Part shown: positions 7,732 to 17,885 of the stretch, piece after piece
How positions within the stretch are numbered: position 1 is the stretch's first letter
Layout of the letters: every line of letters begins with the position of its first letter
NCBI GenBank assembly: GCA_018304465.1
Contig: JAGVWC010000005.1
Coordinates: forward strand, 1-37,876
Direction of reading: 5' to 3'
DNA: 37,876 nt
Origin: Candidatus Iainarchaeum sp.
Lineage (GTDB): Archaea > Iainarchaeota > Iainarchaeia > Iainarchaeales > JAGVWC01
Notes under the pieces: model-generated
Database searches by the model: none
The model's input: only the letters and a program-made list of their open reading frames with translations
Told to the model about the DNA's origin: nothing
Made by a program: the position numbers and the translations under genes

Positions 7732-8637
7732 TTAGAATATTTTTTCGTCTACTTGCAGTTCGATTCCTTTTTTGGTGATTTCGTATGGAATGATCCGTTT
7801 TTCGTGTTTGGAGCTTCGAAGTTTCAGGATTTCAATGGCTTGGCGGCGTGAATTTCCGACTTTGATGTTGTATAATACGACGACGCCGTCGGCGAGGAAT
7901 TCTTCGATTCCCGCGCGCGAATACACTTGGGGGTTTTGTTCGGTTTCCGTGATGAAATAGTTCACGGAGTTGTATTTTTCGAGGCGTTCAAAGAGGTATC
8001 GCACGTATTTGCGGTAGTTTTCTTTTTTTTCGAACGCGATCGACAACGCCGAAAGCGAGTCCACAGCGATGCGGTCCGGTGTAAACGGCAGTTCGAAGGA
8101 ACCGAATTGAATGGTTAAGTGTTCTTTTTCTTTTAGAATCATGGCTTCGACGTTGCGTGCGATTTCGAGTGCATCGAATTTGAGGAATACAAACGTTCCT
8201 TTTTCTTCGAATTCGGAGAAATCCCAGCCGTAGTTTTCGTACATGTGTTCGCGTATTTTGTCCGGGTCTTCTTCGAGGGAAATGTAAATGGCTTTTTCGC
8301 CTTTTTTGCATCCTTCGTACATGGATTGCATGATGAACGTGGTTTTTCCGCTGCCTGCGCCGCCGGAAATGAGAATGGTGGAGCCGCGTTCAAGTCCTTT
8401 GCGTTCGATCAGACTGTCGAATGCGGATACGTACGTGGGAATGCTATCGATTTTTTTGGGTTTTATTTTGGTTTGGGGTTTGAAGTCTTTGGTTCCCGAG
8501 GTTTTGATTTCGCCGACCAGTGAATCCAGTTCTTTTTTGGTGAGGGTTCCGTCGTTTTCCATTTTGATGTCGGTGCGGGGTTTGGCCGGGTCTTTGGTCC
8601 CCATGATTTTGTTAAACAAGGTCATTTGAAGGTTCAT
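7732..8637 (-). CDS. KaiC-like/RAD55 single-domain RecA-superfamily ATPase (copy 1)
   Basis: Walker A GGAGSGKT, YISLEE, Walker B IAVDSL, FLADGVV, ILKLR. Confidence 0.93.
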   Translation of the reverse strand: MNLQMTLFNKIMGTKDPAKPRTDIKMENDGTLTKKELDSLVGEIKTSGTKDFKPQTKIKPKKIDSIPTYVSAFDSLIERKGLERGSTILISGGAGSGKTTFIMQSMYEGCKKGEKAIYISLEEDPDKIREHMYENYGWDFSEFEEKGTFVFLKFDALEIARNVEAMILKEKEHLTIQFGSFELPFTPDRIAVDSLSALSIAFEKKENYRKYVRYLFERLEKYNSVNYFITETEQNPQVYSRAGIEEFLADGVVVLYNIKVGNSRRQAIEILKLRSSKHEKRIIPYEITKKGIELQVDEKIF

Positions 8638-9821
8638 TCCTTTTTCTTTTCGTTTTTTAATTGGGTGATTTGTTGTTCAATGGAAGCTTTTTTTCGGCTG
8701 ATATAATTGCTTTGCCGTTCGAAAATGGTTTCGTCAATGCTTTGTTCTTTGAAGTATTTTTGTTCAAGGCTTGCTTGTTGTTTTTGCAGTTGTTTTTTTT
8801 CTTCCAAAAGCGCGTTGCGTTTGTTTTGTTGTTTTTTGCTGGAGAGAACAAAGTGCAATGCGATTAAAAAGAGTATCGCGATGACGAACACGATTGCTCC
8901 GTATTGTGAAATCAAGAACTGGTTTTGGCCCGCCACGAGAATGCTTTGTGAAAGGGTTCCGGTGTTGTTATAATCGTCAACCACCGTGATTTCGATGGCT
9001 TGGGTTCCGGCGTGTTCGACTCCGAGCAGGATTTTGGCGGCGTAGGTATTGGCGGTTTGGGTTTTGAGCTCGATGGATTGGCCGCCCAATGTGGCGTTGA
9101 TCCGTGGGTTTTGCACGGGTTTTTGGTCGGGGTATTTGGGCGCGATTTCGATTTCCAACGTGTCTCCGACATTGTAATTGGGAAAAAGCGGTTGGGTGGG
9201 CAAAATCATGATGGAAGCCGCTTCGATTTCAAGGGTGTGCGGCGCGGTGCCTCCGAATTCGCCTTGTCGAGTGGACGCGCGGGCCGTGGCGAGTATTCCC
9301 CATCGGCCGAGCGGTGCGTTTTCGGGGATCATGTAATCAAGCCGGTAGTTTCCGTTTTCTTTTTCGTTTAACACCATTCGGTTTCCGTTCGGATCCCATA
9401 CTGCGACCGTGGCGGCGGAAACGGGTTGGTTATTTTTGGTGACTTGAACGCTAAAAGAAATGGTTTGGGTTCTTTTGTAGCGTCCGGGGCTTGGGCTGGT
9501 GAATGTGAGAATCAAGGTGGCGGATTCCGATGTGGGTCGGACGGTGATGATGGACGGGGATGCGTTTTCCAGTGCGATGACCCAGTCGCCGACGGGATCC
9601 AGGTAATCGATCGGATACGTCACGGCGTAGTTTCCGGGGGAAACGGGTCGTTCGAAAATGATTTTGCCGTTTAGGGTTGCAAAAAGCGTCGTGCTTTGGT
9701 CGCTTACTCCCGTGATTTTGATGGTTTCGTTGTTGAAAAACGAATTTTTGTCGGTTTGAATCGTGGCTGCAAAAACGCTTGCGAATAACAGGGTGGCAAA
9801 CAAGAGTAAGCTGGGTTTCAT
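8634..9821 (-). CDS. Secreted Ig/MG2-like domain protein with C-terminal TM and SHOCT-like tail
   Basis: Signal peptide; TDKNSF..ETIKITG; Ig-like repeats; TM; tail LEQKYFKEQSIDETIF; ATGA overlaps on both sides. Confidence 0.85.
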   Translation of the reverse strand: MKPSLLLFATLLFASVFAATIQTDKNSFFNNETIKITGVSDQSTTLFATLNGKIIFERPVSPGNYAVTYPIDYLDPVGDWVIALENASPSIITVRPTSESATLILTFTSPSPGRYKRTQTISFSVQVTKNNQPVSAATVAVWDPNGNRMVLNEKENGNYRLDYMIPENAPLGRWGILATARASTRQGEFGGTAPHTLEIEAASIMILPTQPLFPNYNVGDTLEIEIAPKYPDQKPVQNPRINATLGGQSIELKTQTANTYAAKILLGVEHAGTQAIEITVVDDYNNTGTLSQSILVAGQNQFLISQYGAIVFVIAILFLIALHFVLSSKKQQNKRNALLEEKKQLQKQQASLEQKYFKEQSIDETIFERQSNYISRKKASIEQQITQLKNEKKKE

Positions 9822-11482
9822 GGGGTTTCTGTTCCTTTTTGTTTTTCCAGTTCGGAATTTATTTTTTCAAGTTTGGTTTCGATTTGAATCCGGTCTTTGT
9901 CGTAGGTTTCGCGTGAAATCATTTTTTCAACATAGTATCGTTTCTGGAGGTCTTCGCGCAGGTTTTCAAAATGCATTTTTTGTGCAAAGAGTTTTTTCGT
10001 GTCTTTGGTTTTGCGCAGGTGTTGGACCGCGAAAAATCCGCCGACAACGGCAACGACCGCAAGCACAAGCAAGATCGCTTGGTTTTTGACCAAAAAATAA
10101 TCCCATGTTTTTCCGCGTACATAGAGTTCGATTTTGGTTTCTCCGATGTTTTGGAACTGGTCTTTGGCGAGAATGGATAATTCGATTTTGTTGGGGTCGT
10201 CTTCCGTTACGGTGTAGGTTCCTTCGTATACGCCTGCTTCCGTGGGTTTTAAATCCACGGGTTTTTGATTGATTTCGGTTCTAAGAATCGCGTTTTGGAG
10301 GGGTTGGTTGTCCGCGTATGCGATTTTGACTTTGAGGGGAACTTGTTCCCCGATTTGGAACTGGGTTTTGGTGGGTTCGATGATGAACACCGTGAGAAGG
10401 GATTTTTCGATGTGAAGAATAAACGGGTGGCTTCCGGACAATGTGGTGTTGCCGCTGGTTTTGACGGCGCGTAATTCGAAGGGTTGTTGTCCGACGGTTA
10501 AATCATACGGGATTTTGTAGAGTCCCGCGTAGGTTTTGGTCGGGGTTTGTTGTAGGGTTTGTTCTTTTTGGTGGGAAAGCGGAGGGATAATCGTTACGAT
10601 GGCGCCTTCGACTTTTTGGTTGAATGCGTCCACTACTTCGACTTCGAAAATCAGTTGTTCTCCGGTTTTGTGGACTTCGGTGTCCTGGGTCAGGTAATTG
10701 ATTTTTAGCGACGAGAACGCTTGGGGTTTGGCGATCATGATTTTTTTTTCGTAAAACCCGTAGTTTCCGTTTTGGTCGCGAACGCGTAATTTGATGGTCC
10801 ATTCGCCGTCGGGTGAAAGCGTGGTGATTTGATAATTCAGGTCGAATCGTCCAAGCGCATCGGTTGAAAGCGTGTCTTTGAACAGCACGTCGGTTCCAAA
10901 AAGGATTTCGAGGTTGATGTCGCTTTGGAGTCCGCGGTCTTTTTTGGAAACGATTCCTTGCAAGGAGATTTCTTCGCCTTGCACGTAGTTGGTTTTGTCG
11001 GTTGAAAAACTGATGGCCAAAAACGGGGTTACGTTGTATTCGACGGACGCGCTGTTCGTGGTTTGCGCGACGGTTCCGGTGACCGCGATTTTGTAGGTTT
11101 GTTGTTGGTATTCGTCTCCGATCAAAAAGCTGTTTCCGTAAATGTGATCTCCGTCGGCGGCGTCATCGTGTCGACCGTCGTCAAACAAGTCGATCATTCC
11201 GAATTTTCCGAGCGCGGTTGCCTGGTGGGCAATCGAATCCCGGACCGAATCCGCGTTGAACTTGGCTTGTACGATGACTTTGTCGCCGCGAACAAAGCTT
11301 TGGTTGGGCGTCGGACTTAGGATCGTTACTTCCACGATTTTGGGGGTTTCACAATCCGCGTTGCAGGTACCGTAATCTTCTCCGGTGCCGCTTTCGCACA
11401 CCGCGTTTCCGCAAGCGGGTTCCTGGGAAAAAGACATGAAAGCCGATAAAAGGACAAAAAAGAGGATTAAGACGTGTTTCAT
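9818..11482 (-). CDS. Secreted protein: Cys-rich motif, DDG..D..DG 'choice-of-anchor X'-like motif, MG2/Ig-like repeats, TM, SHOCT-like tail
   Basis: CGNAVCE..CNADC; LFDDGRHDDAADGDHIYG; TDKTNYVQGE; tail LQKRYYVEKMISRETY. Confidence 0.85.
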   Translation of the reverse strand: MKHVLILFFVLLSAFMSFSQEPACGNAVCESGTGEDYGTCNADCETPKIVEVTILSPTPNQSFVRGDKVIVQAKFNADSVRDSIAHQATALGKFGMIDLFDDGRHDDAADGDHIYGNSFLIGDEYQQQTYKIAVTGTVAQTTNSASVEYNVTPFLAISFSTDKTNYVQGEEISLQGIVSKKDRGLQSDINLEILFGTDVLFKDTLSTDALGRFDLNYQITTLSPDGEWTIKLRVRDQNGNYGFYEKKIMIAKPQAFSSLKINYLTQDTEVHKTGEQLIFEVEVVDAFNQKVEGAIVTIIPPLSHQKEQTLQQTPTKTYAGLYKIPYDLTVGQQPFELRAVKTSGNTTLSGSHPFILHIEKSLLTVFIIEPTKTQFQIGEQVPLKVKIAYADNQPLQNAILRTEINQKPVDLKPTEAGVYEGTYTVTEDDPNKIELSILAKDQFQNIGETKIELYVRGKTWDYFLVKNQAILLVLAVVAVVGGFFAVQHLRKTKDTKKLFAQKMHFENLREDLQKRYYVEKMISRETYDKDRIQIETKLEKINSELEKQKGTETP

Positions 11483-11583
11483 TCTTTCATTGTTGTTTTT
11501 TTTCTTTATAACCGTTTCCTTGTTGATTAAAGAAAAGTATTTATGGGTCTAGGTTCCTTTTCCTAGTGGTATAGGGGTTTTTT

Positions 11584-11973
11584 GTGTCCGAAGATTTGGT
11601 GTTTGTTTCTCCAAAACCGTCCAAAGTCGAGTTATGGGAAAATCGTTTTCGAAGAATTTTCTTGATTGCCGTGATTGCTGCGGTTATTTTCTTGTTCGCG
11701 GCGCCTTTTGTCATCCCGGTTGCTCGGCTAGAATCGTTTCGAAACGAACTGGTGTTGTTCCAGTTGCATGTCCAGCGTTCCGTTCCCTCGCCTCAATTGC
11801 CAAAACCGATTTCTTATTCGGATAATTGTGGTAACGGCACGTGTGATGTGGGTGAATCCCGGCAGAATTGTTGGTTGGATTGTTTTGCGTGCAATGGAAA
11901 CGATCGCTGTGATCGGACCGTGGGAGAAAACCAGTTGTCGTGTCCAACGGATTGTCCTTCGCAGTACAGTTAA
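11584..11973 (+). CDS. Small membrane-anchored protein with two Cys-rich CGNGxC..GE..C..DC repeats
   Basis: N-terminal TM; CGNGTCDVGESRQNCWLDC and CNGNDRCDRTVGENQLSCPTDC. Confidence 0.8.
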   Translation: MSEDLVFVSPKPSKVELWENRFRRIFLIAVIAAVIFLFAAPFVIPVARLESFRNELVLFQLHVQRSVPSPQLPKPISYSDNCGNGTCDVGESRQNCWLDCFACNGNDRCDRTVGENQLSCPTDCPSQYS

Positions 11974-11978
11974 TCGTT

Positions 11979-14657
11979 TTATTCGATTAAAATCGCGGGT
12001 TTTAGCGGGAACGCGTTTTTGGCTTTCGGGTTTGAACTGGTTTCCGCCGGAATGACTTCGATGGTGCAATCGAATTCTTTTTCGATTTGGTTTTTGTTTT
12101 CTAAAAACAAATGGGTTTCGTTGATTGTAAGCGTCGGATCGAATTCTTTGGCGGCTTTGACCGCGGGTTTGGCGAATGCTTCGAGTTCTTTACCATATTT
12201 TTTGTATTCGCTTGCAAACAACGCTTTTAAGGCGGCTCCGAAGTCGGGTTTGTCGGGAACCGCTTTTTTCACGACTTTCATGGCCTCCCATTTCCATTGC
12301 GGGGAAACGAATATCGTTATTTTTTTGGGTTTTTCGATTTTGGCGAGTTGTTGGATTTGTCGGATATCCGTTAGCGTTTGTTCGAGTTCGGCTTGTCCGG
12401 CTTCGGCGGAAGCATCGATCATTTGGGGGTTGAATGTTGGCCAGGGGGCGGTTGCGAGGAATTCTTTTTCGCCGAGGGTTTTCCACAGCTCTTCGCCCAT
12501 GTGCGGCGCAAACGGCGCGGTTAATTGCACCAGGGTTTTGGTGCCTTCGGCGAGGATTTTTGAATCGGGGGTTTCCGAGGCGTATTTTTCAAGCCAAAAA
12601 AGCAATTGATAGGTATTGTTGAGGTGTTTGTTGGGTAAAAACTGGTTCATGTCTTCGGTGCTTTGGCGGATCGTGGAATGAATGCGGCTGGTCATCAATC
12701 GATCGTTGTGATTGTGTTGTGTTTTTTCGTTCTTTTTGGTTTTTTTTTCGGTGACGAATTCGAATATTCGTTTTAAGGTTTCGAATTCTTTGTAAACGCC
12801 GGCGTCGCTCCATTCGAGTTCTTTTTCGGGCGAGGCGACGTGTAGAATGTAGGCGTGGCAGGTGTCAGCGCCGAATTTTTCAATGATGTCGCTTGGATCG
12901 ACTCCGTTTCCCGCGCTTTTGCTCATGACGCGTCCTTGGTTTAGCACCATTCCTTGCGTGAACAGGTTGGCGAAGGGTTCGTTGATTTGAGTCAGTCCGA
13001 TGTCGTGAAGAAATTTGTTGAAGAAACGGGCGTATAGCAAGTGAAGAATCGCGTGTTCGATGCCGCCGATGTATTGGTCAACTGGCATCCAGTACGACGC
13101 TTCTTTGGGATCAAACGGTTTGGTTTTTTCGTTCGGGGTCGTAAAGCGGTAATAGTACCAGCTGGAGTCAATGAACGTATCCATGGTGTCGGTTTCGCGT
13201 TTGGCGGGTCCGTGGCATTTGGGACATTTGGTGTTCACGAAGGAATTCGATTTTGCCAGAGGGTTTCCTTCGCCCGTGAATTTGACGTCGTTTGGCAGTT
13301 GGATCGGAAGGTCTTTTTCGGAAACGGGTTGGGGTCCGCATTTGGCACAGTATACGATCGGAATCGGGGTGCCCCAGTAGCGTTGGCGGGAAATCAGCCA
13401 GTCGCGGAGTTTGTAATTGATTTTCTTTTTGCCCATGTTGTTTTTTTCGAGCCAGTCCGCCATTTTGGGTAACGCGTCGCGGTTGTTTTGTCCGCTAAAG
13501 GCGCCGGAATTAAACAGAATGCCGTCGTCGGTGAACGCGTCGTTGTAATTCGCGGGTTCAATGGGTTTTCCGTTCGGGCTGATCACGAATTTTAACGGAA
13601 TGTCGTATTTTCGGGCGAATCGAAAATCGCGTTTGTCGTGGGCATCGCACATCACGATTCCGCTGCCGTACATGAGTGCGAAGTTTGCGACGAAAATCGG
13701 GACGCGTTCCTGGTTGACGGGATTAATGGCGTAGCGGCCGGTGAATACGCCGAATTTTTCTTTTTCTTCGTTTTCGCGGTCAAGCGCGGCTTGTTTTTTG
13801 GTTTCATTAATGAAATACCGCACTTCTTCTTCAAGCCCGGTTCCGGCAACAAGTTCGGGTATCATTGGGTGTTCGGGGGCGATCGCAAGAAACGTGACGC
13901 TGTACAGGGTGTCGCAACGCGTGGTGTACGTGGAAAGAATCTGGTTGGTTCCTTCGAGTTTGAAATATACGTCGACGCCGTGGCTTTTTCCGATCCAGTT
14001 TTTTTGCATGGTTTTGACGCGTTCGGGCCATCCGGGTAATGTTTCCAAACCGTTTAGCAGTTGGTCGGCGTACGCGGTGATTTTCAAGAACCATTGTTCG
14101 AATGTTTTTTGTTCGACAACGGTTCCGCAGCGCCAGCATTTGCCGTCAATGACTTGTTCGTTGGCCAAGACGGTTTGACAGTTGGGGCACCAGTTTGAAG
14201 TCGCGGATTTTCGTTCCACGAGTCCTTTTTCGTACATTTTGAGAAAAATCCATTGATTCCAGTGATAGTATTCGGGGTTACACGTCGCGATTTCGCGGTT
14301 CCAATCGTACGAGAAACCCATTTGTTGTTGTTGGGTTTTCATTTCCTTGATTTTGGATTGGGTCCAGTTCGCCGGATGGGCGTTGTTTTTGATGGCCGCG
14401 TTTTCGGCGGGGAGTCCCATGGCGTCGTAGCCCATCGGGTATAACACGTTGAATCCTTGCATGCGTTTGAAGCGCGCGAACGTGTCTCCGAGGGCGTAGT
14501 TTCGAACGTGTCCCATGTGCAGTTTTCCCGAGGGATACGGAAACATTTCTAAGCAGTAAAATTTTGGTTTTTTGGGGTCCGTTTGGGCTTTGTAGATCTG
14601 GGCGTTGCTCCATTTTTTTTGCCAGTGGGATTCGATTTTTTTATAGTCATACGTCAT
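11979..14657 (-). CDS. leuS: Leucine--tRNA ligase (bacterial-type core, archaeal-type C-terminus)
   Basis: [48 protein letters not shown]; likely start MTYDYKKIE at 14657. Confidence 0.97.
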   Translation of the reverse strand: MTYDYKKIESHWQKKWSNAQIYKAQTDPKKPKFYCLEMFPYPSGKLHMGHVRNYALGDTFARFKRMQGFNVLYPMGYDAMGLPAENAAIKNNAHPANWTQSKIKEMKTQQQQMGFSYDWNREIATCNPEYYHWNQWIFLKMYEKGLVERKSATSNWCPNCQTVLANEQVIDGKCWRCGTVVEQKTFEQWFLKITAYADQLLNGLETLPGWPERVKTMQKNWIGKSHGVDVYFKLEGTNQILSTYTTRCDTLYSVTFLAIAPEHPMIPELVAGTGLEEEVRYFINETKKQAALDRENEEKEKFGVFTGRYAINPVNQERVPIFVANFALMYGSGIVMCDAHDKRDFRFARKYDIPLKFVISPNGKPIEPANYNDAFTDDGILFNSGAFSGQNNRDALPKMADWLEKNNMGKKKINYKLRDWLISRQRYWGTPIPIVYCAKCGPQPVSEKDLPIQLPNDVKFTGEGNPLAKSNSFVNTKCPKCHGPAKRETDTMDTFIDSSWYYYRFTTPNEKTKPFDPKEASYWMPVDQYIGGIEHAILHLLYARFFNKFLHDIGLTQINEPFANLFTQGMVLNQGRVMSKSAGNGVDPSDIIEKFGADTCHAYILHVASPEKELEWSDAGVYKEFETLKRIFEFVTEKKTKKNEKTQHNHNDRLMTSRIHSTIRQSTEDMNQFLPNKHLNNTYQLLFWLEKYASETPDSKILAEGTKTLVQLTAPFAPHMGEELWKTLGEKEFLATAPWPTFNPQMIDASAEAGQAELEQTLTDIRQIQQLAKIEKPKKITIFVSPQWKWEAMKVVKKAVPDKPDFGAALKALFASEYKKYGKELEAFAKPAVKAAKEFDPTLTINETHLFLENKNQIEKEFDCTIEVIPAETSSNPKAKNAFPLKPAILIE

Positions 14658-14758
14658 GGCGTTGCCTGGATTAGAATTATTTTCCAAAAAGGGTTCGGAT
14701 GGATACTGAATCAATGGGCAATCGATGAAATGTCAGTTGAATAGATGCAACAATAAAC

Positions 14759-14785
14759 AACCCTTCTTCATTGAAAAGAAGGGTT
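14759..14785. promoter_or_regulatory. 10-bp inverted repeat upstream of leuS
   Basis: AACCCTTCTT-N7-AAGAAGGGTT next to a TTTAAA TATA-like element. Confidence 0.4.
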
Positions 14786-14834
14786 AAAGGTTTAAAAAAC
14801 TTGTTTTAGCGGCTTTAATCAATGAAAGTTTTTA

Positions 14835-15011
14835 TTCGATGGTGCAAATGATTATCTTTCATTGCCTGAACCCCTGCCTCAATTATCCGATTCCTATTTT
14901 TCCATCGCCGGTTGGTTCAAGTTACCAAGTCTTGGAGTTTTACGGCAGTTTTTTAGCAACCGAGGCAATGTCAATCGCGGCTGGAATTTGTCGGTTACTA
15001 CGCACCGTTAA
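14835..15011 (+). pseudogene. LamG/concanavalin-A-like domain fragment
   Basis: Hand translation FDGANDYLSLPEPLPQLSDSYFSIAGWFK...GWNLSV*; no start codon; an apparent frameshift lies just upstream (INESFY|FDG). Confidence 0.65.
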
Positions 15012-15048
15012 ACCGATTCGATATTTTTATTATTAGAAACTGTGTATT

Positions 15049-17409
15049 TTGCACATGACTTTGCTTTCTTTTCATCGGATTCTGGTTATTATTCTCGTAA
15101 TGGGTATTTTGGCAGGGATCTTTTTCTGGGTGATTGTGCCTTTTTTGGTTCCGCCGCAAAAATTGGGTGATTTCAAGGCGGATGTGAATCGGATTGTGGG
15201 CAATGTTGTTTCGGATGATCCTGGCAACCCCGTGAATCCGCCATTGAGTGTGCCCGAATGCGGCAACGGTGTTTGTGAATCGACTGAAGATGTTTCCAAT
15301 TGTTTGCTGGATTGCTGGGTTTGTAACGGAAATGGTTCGTGTGAATCAAGCATCGGTGAAAACAAAAACTCGTGTTCTTCTGATTGTGTTTCTGCGCCAG
15401 TTTGTGTGGTCGACGGAAAATGCGTTTTGTCCACCGGCGAAACTGCGGTCAACTGTCCAGCTGACTGTAAAGTGGAAAGTGGTGGGGTTGGTGAAGACGT
15501 TGCAGGGGTGTCTACTCTGTCCTGTGGTGACGGGTCCTGTAGCGGGTCTGAAACGTGTTCTTCTTGTAGCCAAGATTGTGGTGTCTGTCCGGTAATCCCC
15601 GTATGTGGCAATAATAGTCGGGAAGGATCCGAAGTGTGTGACGGATCGGATTTGAACAGTCAAACATGCATTTTGAAGGGCTTTGTTTCGGGAACGCTTG
15701 CGTGTCTTTCAAATTGCACGGATTTCAGCACTTCTGCGTGTGTGGCGGCACCCACGCAAACCTGCGGAAACAATCTCAAAGAAGGAACCGAAGCCTGCGA
15801 CGGAACAGACCTGAACAGCCAAACCTGTATCACGCTCGGGTATAGTGGAGGGTCCCTTTCTTGCCAAACCAGCTGCACTGATTTCAACGTCCAAAATTGT
15901 ATTGTGCCAAGTGGGGCAATCTACTATATTTCAATTGACGGTAATGATTCGTGGAGTGGTCGTTCGTCCGATTGGAACGGAACCGACGGACCCTGGGCAA
16001 CACTTGGAAAAGCCATTGGTTTAATAAACTCGGGAAACATTGTCGGAGGAGATCGCGTACTTTTAAAACGCGGACAACAATTCCAAGCATATGCAATAAT
16101 ATCGGCTCTTACGTCCACTACCGTGAATCCCCTTGTGATTGGTTCGTATGGGGCTGGCGCAAGGCCTGAAGTCATTCAATCGGACCAAAAAAACGCAGCC
16201 ATATTTTTTTTGGACCGGCTTCCGGCGGGCACGGGGATAACTCTCCAGGATTTATTTATCAACCGTACACTACGACCTGTCGACGGCGGATGGTCTGTTT
16301 GGATCAGGAACGGTGCGGCCGCTGTTACTTTGAGAAATTGTGAGGTCCAAGGGGGGTATGATGCAGTCTATGCGAATGACTGCGAAGGATACTTGTTTGA
16401 GAACAACACGATTCATGGAGCGAGTCGGCAAGGAATCGCTTCTTCCTGTAGTAACGTTGTTATTCGTGGAAATAATATTTATAACAATGGATCCACAAGC
16501 CAAGATCACGATATCTACTTACAGGGTGGGATAGGATACAAATCCAATATCTTAGTTGAAAATAACTTACTTCACGACGCTATTAGCTGTTTTATCACAC
16601 ATGGAGTTTACGACAATCTAACCGTTCGGGGGAACCAAGTATACAACTGCAACTTTGGGATTACCATTGATGCAGGATATGCCTCGGCAGAATCATTTTC
16701 AAACGTAACCATTGAAAAAAATTTGTTGCATAATTTATACAAATATAGCGCTACATACCCGACCGCAGGAGTAACACTCGATTCCTGTACTACTTGCATT
16801 GTAAAAAACAATATTTTTTACGAAAACCGTGATAACCTCACACTCATGTCTATTGGTGGGGGCGATAACGGAAGTTCTGATGTTTCATTTGTAAACAATA
16901 ACTTTTATTTCACTACGCCAACACACGGCGTGTTAACTTTGTCTTCACAGAACATTTCCAATATTTCTTTCAAAAACAACATTATCTACACTCCCTTGAC
17001 AAAGATTGGAGGCGGTTACCCGCTGATGGTTACCCAAATGAGCGGGACCACGCCAACGATTGCCTTGTCCAATAACCAGTATTACTTTGCGAATGATCCC
17101 ACGATCAATTTTTATTATCTCGTTGCGCTCGGCGTTCCGGGTTATTTGACCCATGACGAATTTCTCCAAAGCTTTCCGGATGCCGATGCGAATAGCCTGT
17201 TTGGACAAGATCCCCAATTTGTGAATGCGATAAATCTATATGGAGGAGATGGGAATATCGGAACTAGCGATGATGGATTAATGATTATGACCGCAAGTCC
17301 TGCTAAAAACGCGGGCACCACAATAACCCAGGTTAGTTCGGATATCCGAAATATTTCACGGCCACAAGGATTGGCATATGATATCGGAGCATACGAATTA
17401 TCTGATTAA
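15049..17409 (+). CDS. Membrane-anchored protein: Cys-rich repeats plus right-handed beta-helix (pectate-lyase-like) domain
   Basis: N-terminal TM; CGNG/CGNN repeats; YYISIDGNDSWSG..GPWATL, GDRVLLKRG, NN ladders, C-terminal RPQG.AYDIGAYE. Confidence 0.9.
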   Translation: MHMTLLSFHRILVIILVMGILAGIFFWVIVPFLVPPQKLGDFKADVNRIVGNVVSDDPGNPVNPPLSVPECGNGVCESTEDVSNCLLDCWVCNGNGSCESSIGENKNSCSSDCVSAPVCVVDGKCVLSTGETAVNCPADCKVESGGVGEDVAGVSTLSCGDGSCSGSETCSSCSQDCGVCPVIPVCGNNSREGSEVCDGSDLNSQTCILKGFVSGTLACLSNCTDFSTSACVAAPTQTCGNNLKEGTEACDGTDLNSQTCITLGYSGGSLSCQTSCTDFNVQNCIVPSGAIYYISIDGNDSWSGRSSDWNGTDGPWATLGKAIGLINSGNIVGGDRVLLKRGQQFQAYAIISALTSTTVNPLVIGSYGAGARPEVIQSDQKNAAIFFLDRLPAGTGITLQDLFINRTLRPVDGGWSVWIRNGAAAVTLRNCEVQGGYDAVYANDCEGYLFENNTIHGASRQGIASSCSNVVIRGNNIYNNGSTSQDHDIYLQGGIGYKSNILVENNLLHDAISCFITHGVYDNLTVRGNQVYNCNFGITIDAGYASAESFSNVTIEKNLLHNLYKYSATYPTAGVTLDSCTTCIVKNNIFYENRDNLTLMSIGGGDNGSSDVSFVNNNFYFTTPTHGVLTLSSQNISNISFKNNIIYTPLTKIGGGYPLMVTQMSGTTPTIALSNNQYYFANDPTINFYYLVALGVPGYLTHDEFLQSFPDADANSLFGQDPQFVNAINLYGGDGNIGTSDDGLMIMTASPAKNAGTTITQVSSDIRNISRPQGLAYDIGAYELSD

Positions 17410-17520
17410 ATTGTCTGTGGCAATAAATATGAATATAATAACACGAAATGAGCGGCGTGACGGGAAACCCGGGCCTTTTAAGGCGTGAATGAAAGCCACG
17501 CCAAAACCTATTTCTGAAAC

Positions 17521-17756
17521 ACGGTCGTAAATAGAACTGTCTGGCGAGTATTTTCCTCGCCGACGTTCAAAAAAGAGGCGAGCCAAGCGGGTCATTTGAA
17601 ATGGATCGTGCCGAGCGGTGCGAGTTCAATGGTGTACACGTATACGCTGACGGCCCTGGTTTCGGCGGGAAATGGCTCGTTTTCCGGAAAATTCATGTGT
17701 GAAGCGACGTAACGGAAAAAACAACGACGGTTTCGTCTGCTGTGACCGTACGCTGA
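17521..17756 (+). pseudogene. Frameshifted remnant of a beta-sandwich surface domain
   Basis: SQAGHLKWIVPSGASSMVYTYTLTALVSAGNGSFSGKFMCE continues after a 1-nt shift near 17704 as DVTEKTTTVSSAVTVR*; no start codon. Confidence 0.5.
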
Positions 17757-17885
17757 CTTGCTTTTTTTGTTATGTGGCCGTAAATTCACTCGGCAATTGG
17801 GTAGAAACCCTCTTTTTTATTCTTTTCTTCTATACTTTTAGGTAGTTGAATAACGGTTTTCCGTTTCTTTTAGGGGTTTTGATCT

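Noticed and set aside
7732-8637. Calling the ATPases circadian KaiC, RadA/RadB or FlaH
   Set aside because: They are single-domain, with no kaiA/kaiB or archaellum genes nearby and no RadA N-terminal domain; only 'KaiC-like' is supported
14839-15036. 65-aa track ORF MVQMIIFHC...
   Set aside because: A different frame of the same DNA gives a clear LamG-like pattern, so this frame is probably spurious
17710-17712. Stop-codon reassignment or readthrough in the relic ORFs
   Set aside because: Intact genes use TAA, TAG and TGA as normal stops; the break is better explained by a 1-nt frameshift
17410-17885. Possible RNase P, SRP or other ncRNA in the hairpin-containing gap before alaS
   Set aside because: No RNase P or SRP consensus motifs found; much of the gap is better explained as a decayed coding fragment
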